Notes under the pieces: generated by a model
The model's input: only the letters and a program-made list of their open reading frames with translations
Told to the model about the DNA's origin: nothing
Databases searched by the model: none
DNA from: an uncultured virus (IMG/VR IMGVR_UViG_3300034072_000446)
Taxonomy: Duplodnaviria; Heunggongvirae; Uroviricota; Caudoviricetes
Length of the DNA: 64,000 nt
Virus record (IMG/VR): IMGVR_UViG_3300034072_000446
Strand: one strand, 5' to 3'
In this document: positions 17,866-26,044 of the stretch, piece after piece
How the letters are laid out: every line of letters begins with the position of its first letter
Numbering within the stretch: the stretch's first letter is position 1
Made by a program: the position numbers and the translations under genes

Positions 17866-19245
17866 ATGTGTGGAATTATAGGCGTAGCTGGCAAGATCGA
17901 CAACAAGCTGCTCAATGCATTCAAGGGTATGCTTGTTGTCAATCAACTTCGAGGCACTGATTCAACTGGTGTCATTCGTGTCAATTCAGCGGGTGGTTAC
18001 AAGTACAAGAAGTCTCTTGGCACTCCTAACTATCTTATGGAGACCAAGTTCTTTGACCGTGAGATTGATATTCACGGAGCCAAGGCGCTGATTGGCCATT
18101 GTCGAGCCAAGACTATTGGCGACAACATTGTTGCTAACGCTCACCCCTTTGAGCATGGTAACATTATTGGCGTTCATAATGGCACTCTTCAGGGCCATTA
18201 CACCATGGAGCGTGCTCGTCAGTTTGACGTAGATAGTGACTGGCTGTATTGGCACATTAGCGAATATGGTCTTAAGGACACCATCAGCCAGTTGGACAAC
18301 ACCGGTGCATGGGCGCTGGTCTATTGGGATAACAAGGAACGCACCCTTAACTTCCTCCGCAATGAGCGTCGTCCTCTTTACTTTGCTCATACAAAGGACC
18401 AGAAGGCTATGCTGTGGGCAAGTGAGCCGTGGTTCTTCTCGGCGGCTACTCGTATTGGTGTTGAACTCCATAAGGATGATGCTGGCAAATCGTTCTTTGA
18501 ACTTCCCATCGAGACACATCTATCATTCACCATCGACGCATACAAGGATAAGCCCTCGGAAATCTTTACCCTTAAGGTAGAGAACGATGTTAAAGGTGAG
18601 GTTAGAAGCTACTCGGGAAACGTGACACACCTGTATGGAAGTGGTGGCAGGTATGGTAGCAGCATCGGGGGTTCAGTGCCCAGCCCTTTCGTGGACAAGG
18701 ACCTTCTCGACGACAATCTCGACGACATAGGAACGTCACGCCCCCGCCAACTCCCAGCAACCACGCAGACTCCGGGCGCTGCGACACATACAGCTTCTAC
18801 CGTCGACAAATCGCAGAAGTCTTCACAACAAAATACGGGTTCCTCGACGGTATCGACAAGTTCGACAAATGGGCAGCGTCCAAAGCTCTCATTACCATCG
18901 TCGAGTTCCAAAAGCTGTCAGCAGGAAAACAGCGGAAGCACTGCAAGAAAGTGCAACGATTGTTCGGAGAATTGCGAAAAGCCGAAGGTGTCCTTTCGCA
19001 CAGTGTCCGGAATACCGTTCATCACGGATAATAAGACTAAGACTGAGTTCTCAGAGCAGCGTTTCGAACAGCTCACGGGAGCAGTCTGCACCTTCTGTAA
19101 GTCACCTGTTGGGGATTTGGATGAAGTCCATGAAATCTTTATTCATTCGAGTGATCGAAAGTTTGACAAGGAGTATGTGACTTTCATTTGTCGTACGTGT
19201 GTTGAACCAAACCCGGCACTTGTTGTTGCCACAATGATCAATTGA
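17866..19245 (+). CDS. Class II (Ntn) glutamine amidotransferase with S/T-rich linker and C-terminal Cys domain
   Basis: MCGIIG start, RGTDSTG, GHCRAKT, NAHPF, GVHNGT and VDSD motifs; CTFC/CRTC near the C-terminus. Confidence 0.9.
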   Translation: MCGIIGVAGKIDNKLLNAFKGMLVVNQLRGTDSTGVIRVNSAGGYKYKKSLGTPNYLMETKFFDREIDIHGAKALIGHCRAKTIGDNIVANAHPFEHGNIIGVHNGTLQGHYTMERARQFDVDSDWLYWHISEYGLKDTISQLDNTGAWALVYWDNKERTLNFLRNERRPLYFAHTKDQKAMLWASEPWFFSAATRIGVELHKDDAGKSFFELPIETHLSFTIDAYKDKPSEIFTLKVENDVKGEVRSYSGNVTHLYGSGGRYGSSIGGSVPSPFVDKDLLDDNLDDIGTSRPRQLPATTQTPGAATHTASTVDKSQKSSQQNTGSSTVSTSSTNGQRPKLSLPSSSSKSCQQENSGSTARKCNDCSENCEKPKVSFRTVSGIPFITDNKTKTEFSEQRFEQLTGAVCTFCKSPVGDLDEVHEIFIHSSDRKFDKEYVTFICRTCVEPNPALVVATMIN

Positions 19246-19257
19246 GGAGTATAATTA

Positions 19258-19473
19258 ATGTTTGTTGCAGGTTTTCGTATCACCTTTCCCGGACCTTTCG
19301 GTAATCTATACCATCACGGGGCTTGTGCAACCGCAGATAAGCTTAAGAAGGGCGCTAAGATTCAAGTAATGGATGCAAAAGGAAATGTTTCCCCGTATCC
19401 TGCTGTAGTTCACTCTAGCGGTGTTGCCGCACGTTCTGATTATGCGTTTAAGTTTGTTGGGGAGTTCAATTAA
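19258..19473 (+). CDS. Hypothetical protein
   Basis: GAGGAG RBS; coupled to the next gene. Confidence 0.65.
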   Translation: MFVAGFRITFPGPFGNLYHHGACATADKLKKGAKIQVMDAKGNVSPYPAVVHSSGVAARSDYAFKFVGEFN

Positions 19474-20486
19474 TGTTTACTATTGGTTGCGATCCTGAAA
19501 TCTTTCTGGTTGACGCCCGCACTAGCAAGCCTGTCAGTGCATACGGTGTAGTCAAGGGAACTAAGCGCGAGCCATTTAAGGTTCCTGCTGGTGCCTATCA
19601 GGTCGATGGAATGGCTCTTGAATTTAATACTGATCCTGTTCCTGCGACTGGGCAGTTCCCAATGTTTGACAAGAACATTGTCTCTGTCATGAAGAAGCTG
19701 AAGGAAGACGTTAAGGCTAACGGGTTCAAGACTGTTCGCTTTAACATTGCCCCTGTTCAGGACTTTGGTGAAGACCTTATGGCTGAGCAGCCGAAGGAAG
19801 CTAAGGAACTTGGGTGCGATCCTGATTGGAATGCTTACACCAAGGAACCTAATCCGCGGCCTGACGGCGATGTTACCTTCCGTACGGCCAGCGGGCATAT
19901 CCACGTAGGATGGGGTGCAGATATTCCTGTAGATCACCCCGATCATATCGAAATTTGTACAGGCTTCATTAAGAAGCTTGATATGACTGTCGGTATGTTC
20001 ATGACGCTGATTGACACTGATTCTCGTCGTCGTGAACTCTACGGCAAGGCTGGCGCATTCCGTCCGAAGCCTTACGGTGTTGAATATCGAACCCCGTCAA
20101 ACGTTTGGCTGACTCACAAGAACCGTCGTCGTATTATCTATGACCTTGTGAATCTTGCTACGTGGTTGAATATGCAGAGTGACCGGACTGTTAAACTGGC
20201 AATAGTAGGTCTGCCATATCTTAATTATGGCAATTGGTCTGCTAATCCTTACAGGTTTATGGACGATATTTCAGACTTGGATACTTTTATCCAGACTATT
20301 ATCAACACGGGTGATACGGAGAAGGCTAATCAGGTTCTTCGGAACATTCTGAATTATTGTTATAGTTCTCACGGCGCTACCCGAAGGCTGCTAAACGCTG
20401 AGCTTAAGCGGATGGCAGGAAAGGAAGAACCTACTCATGCTCATATTGTTGAGCGCGAAACCAAGAAGGGAACCAAGCGTGCTTAA
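19473..20486 (+). CDS. phiEco32-like COOH-NH2 ligase type 2
   Basis: IGCDPEIFL, QVDGMALEFN, LGCDPD.NAY, GHIHVG, RRELYGKAGAFRPKPYGVEYRTPSN motifs. Confidence 0.9.
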   Translation: MFTIGCDPEIFLVDARTSKPVSAYGVVKGTKREPFKVPAGAYQVDGMALEFNTDPVPATGQFPMFDKNIVSVMKKLKEDVKANGFKTVRFNIAPVQDFGEDLMAEQPKEAKELGCDPDWNAYTKEPNPRPDGDVTFRTASGHIHVGWGADIPVDHPDHIEICTGFIKKLDMTVGMFMTLIDTDSRRRELYGKAGAFRPKPYGVEYRTPSNVWLTHKNRRRIIYDLVNLATWLNMQSDRTVKLAIVGLPYLNYGNWSANPYRFMDDISDLDTFIQTIINTGDTEKANQVLRNILNYCYSSHGATRRLLNAELKRMAGKEEPTHAHIVERETKKGTKRA

Positions 20487-21138
20487 GACAGAGTACTTTT
20501 GGACGGACAGGGATCAGGCCAATGAAAGGTTGACCGGTTCGTTTGTTCTTTACAACGATTGTCCTGTTTATATCCACGAAATTAGGTCGCGTCGCGGAGA
20601 CCCTTCTGCGATTACCACTAAGTATCCTACAGGAGTATCTGAGGAAATCTCCTTGTCGGACAAGGGCTTTCATCGGTTCCGCGTTCCACTTCCTATCGGA
20701 TGGGTGAATAATACACATACAAAACAGGCGTATTTTCTTGAACGCCGACCTATTCGTTCCCGACAACACGGCTTCTCTCGAAACAATATTCTTGTTAAAG
20801 AAATTGCAATGCACCGGGGGCTGGGTCTTCTCGCTACTGGCGAAATTTCTTTTGAGACTATTGCTAAGGACGTTCAGTATCAGGCAGCCATTACTGGCAA
20901 TTACCCTGATATTGCAGAAGTTCTTAATCGTATTCGTGCTGGAACCACTATAGCGTTTTGCAATACCATGGCTGTTGGACGAGACGATCTAGGATTGCGT
21001 TGGCTGTATGTCGAACAGGATCGTGTAGGATTGTTTGTTGATAATGACACGCTTCTTCTTATCGACCGGTTCTCATACCTGAAAGAGCAAATTGCTGAAA
21101 CACCTGCTTTCAAGATTTCTAACATTAAGGAGTTCTGA
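20479..21138 (+). CDS. Hypothetical protein of the amidoligase cluster
   Basis: ORF overlapping the ligase stop; LPIGWVNN...RRPIRSRQHG. Confidence 0.7.
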   Translation: MLKTEYFWTDRDQANERLTGSFVLYNDCPVYIHEIRSRRGDPSAITTKYPTGVSEEISLSDKGFHRFRVPLPIGWVNNTHTKQAYFLERRPIRSRQHGFSRNNILVKEIAMHRGLGLLATGEISFETIAKDVQYQAAITGNYPDIAEVLNRIRAGTTIAFCNTMAVGRDDLGLRWLYVEQDRVGLFVDNDTLLLIDRFSYLKEQIAETPAFKISNIKEF

Positions 21139-21142
21139 TAAA

Positions 21143-22618
21143 ATGACTGCGTTCATGGAAGAGTACGAAAAGGTTAAGGCTCCGCATGTCGGTATTCCTT
21201 CTGTCGTAATGAACGAACCTGTTGTGGCCATTAACGGCCTTGGTGAAATCGGACTTGAGTTCGAGATTGAAGGCGAAAATCTTCCTTCGTCCGGAAAGCT
21301 GGCCCGTGTAGTGGGCAAGACTACTGGTTCGCAGTGGACTAGCAAGTCAGACGGTTCCCTTCGTGGTGAATCTCTTGAGTATGTCCTCAGCCGACCTTGC
21401 AATATTGACGAAGTAGACGCGATGGTCGAGGGTCTTTACAAGGCCTTTGTCGACAATGGAACAGAACTTAAGCTTTCAAATCGCTGCTCGACCCACGTAC
21501 ACGTCAACATGGCCGGTGCAAAAGTTAATGATATTACTTCTGCTATCGCTCTTTGGACCGCTTTCGAGGAGCCGTTGACTCTTTGGGCAGGAGAAGAGCG
21601 AGTTAATAACCACTTCTGCCTTGGTGCTAAGGATTGCAATGCAGGCACTGTGTCCGCATGGCGTAGCTTCCTTCGGTCAGGTCGTCGGGATTTCAATGAC
21701 AATCTCAAGTATAGTGCATTGAACATTCTTACGCTGTATCGCTTTGGCTCGCTTGAATACCGAGTAATGAACGGCACTGAGGATGCACAGCGTGCTATCG
21801 ATTGGACTAAGTTTGTTCATAGTCTTACTCGCTACGCTAGTGACAAGTTCGCTAATCCTGCCACGATGGCTTACAGCATGTCTGAGAAGGGCGGTCGTGA
21901 AATCTTCATGGAGATTTGTGAGAAGGCTGGTGTATCGCCTGACTTTGTAACTGGCGTTATTGACACCGTACCTGATATCAATACGGCTGTCATGTGCGGA
22001 TTCCGTCGAGCGCAACCTATTGTAGCAGGGTTCCCTTGGCACGATTGGTATGAAGAGTGCAAGAAGGAATACATCGCTGATCCTTTTGGCAAGTCTAAAA
22101 AGAAGACGGCACGACGAGCCTTTGAAGACTTTGTGATCGCCGATGACTTTGCCGCTATAGCTCCTGCACCTGCGTACAGGCTGCGTCCTCTCTTCGCTGA
22201 AGCGGTTCCGGTTGCTGACGTTGACGTTGCTCGTCCTGATGCCCCCGGTGAGCCTGATCGTCCTCGCATTGTCCCTCGTAATTACTACTGGAACGGCGAG
22301 TATTGGTGCAATCCTGACTATGACCCGGAAGCATTTAACATTAACCTGCCTGACGCACAAGTTGAGTACACAATGTGCCCTGCTGCTCTGCCGATTAGTG
22401 CCGGTGTTGTTAACTCAAATGGGTTACATTTCTACGATAATACTAGTATGCGAGTAGCCCGTGCAATTATCGTTAAGATTGACCGTCGAGGCACTATGAT
22501 TCAGGTACGTGCAAACAAGCGCCTTATGGTTGGGGGGCGTACAGACCTTTCTAGGGCATGGTGGTATAACATTCGTGATGGTCGTTTCAATGGCGACAAT
22601 ATTGCATTCATTCATTGA
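21143..22618 (+). CDS. Amidoligase (glutamine-synthetase-like COOH-NH2 ligase) with C-terminal extension
   Basis: IGLEFEIEG, DGSL...EYV, STHVHVN, KYSALN and GSLEYR motifs. Confidence 0.9.
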   Translation: MTAFMEEYEKVKAPHVGIPSVVMNEPVVAINGLGEIGLEFEIEGENLPSSGKLARVVGKTTGSQWTSKSDGSLRGESLEYVLSRPCNIDEVDAMVEGLYKAFVDNGTELKLSNRCSTHVHVNMAGAKVNDITSAIALWTAFEEPLTLWAGEERVNNHFCLGAKDCNAGTVSAWRSFLRSGRRDFNDNLKYSALNILTLYRFGSLEYRVMNGTEDAQRAIDWTKFVHSLTRYASDKFANPATMAYSMSEKGGREIFMEICEKAGVSPDFVTGVIDTVPDINTAVMCGFRRAQPIVAGFPWHDWYEECKKEYIADPFGKSKKKTARRAFEDFVIADDFAAIAPAPAYRLRPLFAEAVPVADVDVARPDAPGEPDRPRIVPRNYYWNGEYWCNPDYDPEAFNINLPDAQVEYTMCPAALPISAGVVNSNGLHFYDNTSMRVARAIIVKIDRRGTMIQVRANKRLMVGGRTDLSRAWWYNIRDGRFNGDNIAFIH

Positions 22619-22632
22619 GGTAAGGAACTAAC

Positions 22633-23385
22633 ATGCGTATTCGAGTTCTTCCATATCGTCAGGGCAGCCGCTCTGCTCGTGCTCTTGCTGACGCTCTTGG
22701 TGGCAAGGTCCTTCGTCTTGAGGGTTCGCGGTTTCGACCGCGGCCTACAGATGTAATCATTAACTGGGGTAATACTAATCCTTACGCTGGCCCTATGATC
22801 ATGTTTAACGAGCCTGAGTCTATCCGAAATGTTAGTAACAAGCTTACCTTCTTTCAAAGGATGCAGGAGCTTGCGCCTGATGTTATCCCACCATTCTGGA
22901 CGAACAAAGAGGATATTCCTGATGAAGACTTTCCTATTGTCTGCCGGACTGTTCTTGCTGGTCATTCCGGCGAAGGAATTGTTATTGCTAATACTCGGGA
23001 TGAACTAGTCGATTGTTCCCTGTATGTTAAGTATATCAAGAAGCAAGACGAATATCGTATCCATGTAGGAGTTCTTAATGATGGTGGCACATCTATCATC
23101 AGCCAGCAACGCAAAGCCCGTCGTGCCGACGTGGACGATCCAAACTGGCAAATCCGAAATCATGCCAACGGGTTTGTGTTCGTGCGACAAAACGTTCAGC
23201 CCCCTACCCTAGCACTGGACGTGGCACAGCGAGCAATGCTTGCATCAGGCCTTGACTTCGGAGCAGTGGACGTAATCTGGAATGAGCGTCAGCAGCGTGC
23301 TTACGTGCTAGAGATTAACTCAGCTCCCGGTCTCGAAGGGACTACTATTGATGATTACGTCAGGTATTTCGGAAGGCAAATCTGA
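22633..23385 (+). CDS. ATP-grasp ligase (RimK/YheCD-like)
   Basis: INWG, NKL, EYRIHV, IRNHANGF, GLDFGAVDVI and VLEINSAPG motifs. Confidence 0.9.
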   Translation: MRIRVLPYRQGSRSARALADALGGKVLRLEGSRFRPRPTDVIINWGNTNPYAGPMIMFNEPESIRNVSNKLTFFQRMQELAPDVIPPFWTNKEDIPDEDFPIVCRTVLAGHSGEGIVIANTRDELVDCSLYVKYIKKQDEYRIHVGVLNDGGTSIISQQRKARRADVDDPNWQIRNHANGFVFVRQNVQPPTLALDVAQRAMLASGLDFGAVDVIWNERQQRAYVLEINSAPGLEGTTIDDYVRYFGRQI

Positions 23386-23514
23386 TCGTTGGCCGTGGGC
23401 TTCTCAAGCTACTAGAGATTGGCGAGATAAGGTAGACGCACGGCTAAAAGCAGAACAACGTGAGAAAAATAGGCTTACACACGCAGAAATCATCGAGAGA
23501 CTTGAACTTTATCC

Positions 23515-23543
23515 TTGACAAGCGTTCGTTAAGCTGGTATATT
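23515..23543 (+). promoter_or_regulatory. sigma70 promoter for the replication genes
   Basis: TTGACA-N17-TATATT with extended TG. Confidence 0.75.
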
Positions 23544-23571
23544 TAATAGTAGGGTTAGTAGGAGATTTGTT

Positions 23572-23790
23572 ATGAAGTGTGCTATCTGTGATGCAGAACT
23601 AAAAGAGAACTCAATCCAGTGGAACAATGATCATCAGGATTGGGACCCGTGCCCTACTTGTCTGATTGAGATTTCAGAAGTGTTCACTGACGACAGTGAA
23701 GAAGAGATTACAGCACAGCTAGAAGGCGAGTGGTCTCTTATCTTTGGCGAAGCTGACACAGCAGAAGAGGAAGTTGAACATGCAGACTGA
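23572..23790 (+). CDS. Small acidic Cys-containing (zinc-ribbon-like) protein
   Basis: CAIC...CPTC and acidic tail; AGGAG RBS. Confidence 0.7.
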   Translation: MKCAICDAELKENSIQWNNDHQDWDPCPTCLIEISEVFTDDSEEEITAQLEGEWSLIFGEADTAEEEVEHAD

Positions 23791-24010
23791 ACCAGAACAG
23801 TGGGCAATATCTCTAGTAGAAGATGTTCGGTATCATAGGTATAGTAATAACGCTGTTATTCTCGTCCAACGCGCCTTCGAGGAACGGGAGCGGAAGCTGC
23901 GGGATGCGCTCAAGGCCGTGGAAGACGAAGGACTACGAAACCACAATACCCGTTGTCGCCCGTGGTGGAACCAAGTCCGCCAAGCCCTCAAGGATACCAA
24001 TATTGAATAA
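23780..24010 (+). CDS. Hypothetical protein
   Basis: ORF overlapping both neighbours. Confidence 0.55.
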   Translation: MQTEPEQWAISLVEDVRYHRYSNNAVILVQRAFEERERKLRDALKAVEDEGLRNHNTRCRPWWNQVRQALKDTNIE

Positions 24011-25661
24011 GCAACATCTAGAGTGTCATCAATGCGGGTCCTCCGACGCTTTCTCCATTCAAGATAACGGATGGGGCAAGTGCTTCGGAGGATGTGGTGG
24101 TAAGAACTACCCTCCCGCGTACGTAGAAAAGTATTATACCGGAGAAGGAATCGTATTGGCAGAACCTGCATCTATTATGGAACGAGTCGCTAAGGCTCGT
24201 GAACTCACCCCAATCACTAAGGTATTTCGAGGCTTCCCTGATAGGGGTCTAACTAAGGACACTATTGAACGTTACAAGATCGACGTTGGTGGTCCTGTAG
24301 CAGACTATCAAGCCAAGTATCCTCTGTTCGATATCAATAACCGTCACATCGCTAACAAGGTTCGTGGACCTGACAAGACCTTTGCCTTTGAGGGTGATGT
24401 TAAGACTGTTAAACCCGGTCTATTTGGTCGTCATGCTTTCCCTCCGGGCAGTGCTAAGTATATCACTGTTACAGAGGGTCAGGACGACGCTATGGCCGTG
24501 TATCAGATGTCAGGTAGTCGTTACCCTGCTGTGTCTGTTCACTCGTCCTCAACTGCTGAGCGTGACGTACGAGAAGACTTTGAGTATCTTAACTCGTTTG
24601 AGAATATCGTTCTTGCGTTCGATAATGACGAGATGGGCCAGAAGGCAGCCAAGGCTGTAGCCAACATCCCCGGATTCCCCCTCGGCAAGATCAAGGTAAT
24701 GACTCCGAGGAAGTATAAGGACGCTAACGACTACCTTCTCAACAAGGAAGCCGAAGCATTCTCTCGTGAATGGTGGGCCGCCCCCGTTCATCAACCAGAC
24801 GGTCTTAAGTTTGGTTCTGATATCTGGGACGAGATTATTGATAGGAAAGAGCACTTTACTGTTCAATACCCTTTTGAAGGTTTTAACAAGCTTACTTATG
24901 GCATTAGACTCTCTGAGTTTATTGTTGTTACTGCTGAAACAGGTGTCGGCAAAACTTCGTTTCTTAAACATATTGAACATAAGTTACTAACTGATCCAAC
25001 AGTTATCGAGAAAGAATATGGTGTAGGGTTCCTTCACCTTGAAGAACCTAATGGAGATACTGCACTAGGCCTGTTGAGTATTCATAATAGTGTTCCTTAC
25101 CACCTGCCAGATTCGGAAAGACCGGTAGAGGATTTGAAGAGGGCGTACGATGAAGTTCTTAACAATAGTCGTGTCGTAATTTACGACCACTTTGGAAGTA
25201 ATTCTGTCGATGCCATTCTAAATAAAATTAGGCATATGGTTGCGCTAGGGTGTAAGTATATTGTTCTTGACCACCTTAGCATTATCGTATCAGACCAAAG
25301 CGGAGATGAGCGAAAGCAGCTAGACGAAATATCTACAAAAATTAAAACACTTTGTATGGAATTAGATATTTGTGTAATAGCTGTTATTCATACTAACCGC
25401 CAAGGGCAAATACGGGGCACAGCAGGTGTAGAACAACTAGCAAATATTATATTTCGGCTAGAAAGAAATAAAACTGAGGAAAACGAATGGCGTCGAAATG
25501 TGACTAAGGTTACTGTAGAAAAGAATAGATTTTCAGGGTTTACAGGAATTGCGGGGTGTCTATGGTACAATAAAGAGACAGCACGCTTGACCGAATTGTC
25601 TCAAGAAGAGCAGAAGTTGTTTCTTGAGGGCGACGCATTAAGAGAGGATCAAATTTGGTAA
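24003..25661 (+). CDS. T7 gp4-like primase/helicase
   Basis: Zn finger (CHQCGSSDA...CFGGC), TOPRIM (TEGQDDA, FDND), AETGVGKT, LDHLSI and EKNRF motifs; likely TTG start at 24003. Confidence 0.93.
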   Translation: MNKQHLECHQCGSSDAFSIQDNGWGKCFGGCGGKNYPPAYVEKYYTGEGIVLAEPASIMERVAKARELTPITKVFRGFPDRGLTKDTIERYKIDVGGPVADYQAKYPLFDINNRHIANKVRGPDKTFAFEGDVKTVKPGLFGRHAFPPGSAKYITVTEGQDDAMAVYQMSGSRYPAVSVHSSSTAERDVREDFEYLNSFENIVLAFDNDEMGQKAAKAVANIPGFPLGKIKVMTPRKYKDANDYLLNKEAEAFSREWWAAPVHQPDGLKFGSDIWDEIIDRKEHFTVQYPFEGFNKLTYGIRLSEFIVVTAETGVGKTSFLKHIEHKLLTDPTVIEKEYGVGFLHLEEPNGDTALGLLSIHNSVPYHLPDSERPVEDLKRAYDEVLNNSRVVIYDHFGSNSVDAILNKIRHMVALGCKYIVLDHLSIIVSDQSGDERKQLDEISTKIKTLCMELDICVIAVIHTNRQGQIRGTAGVEQLANIIFRLERNKTEENEWRRNVTKVTVEKNRFSGFTGIAGCLWYNKETARLTELSQEEQKLFLEGDALREDQIW

Positions 25662-26044
25662 CAGATTACGAAAAGAATAAAGAAGGCTATTTTAGACGAG
25701 CAAGAAAATCTTATAGCAAAACATTTTCTTCTGTCGAAGAAAGACTAAACAGAATGCTAGTAGAAGCAAAAAGCAGAGCTAAGCTTAAAGGTTTAGAATT
25801 TTCTTTAAAAGTTGAAGATGTAAAGTGGAACAGTATCTGCCCTGTCTTAGGCATACCTATTTCATTTCAAAGAAACAAGGGACCAGGCGGAGATGACAAC
25901 TCACCTTCTTTAGATAGGATTGACAACACTAAAGGGTATGTTCAAGGTAATGTTCGGCTGATTTCCAATAGAGCAAATAAATTAAAAAACAGAATGGAAA
26001 AGCACGAAGCCCTGCTTATATACGAAAATTGGGACAAAATTTAA
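25655..26044 (+). CDS. HNH homing endonuclease
   Basis: CPVLG and SPSLDRIDNTKGYVQGNVRLISNRANKLK; same family as 10533-11009. Confidence 0.85.
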   Translation: MVTDYEKNKEGYFRRARKSYSKTFSSVEERLNRMLVEAKSRAKLKGLEFSLKVEDVKWNSICPVLGIPISFQRNKGPGGDDNSPSLDRIDNTKGYVQGNVRLISNRANKLKNRMEKHEALLIYENWDKI

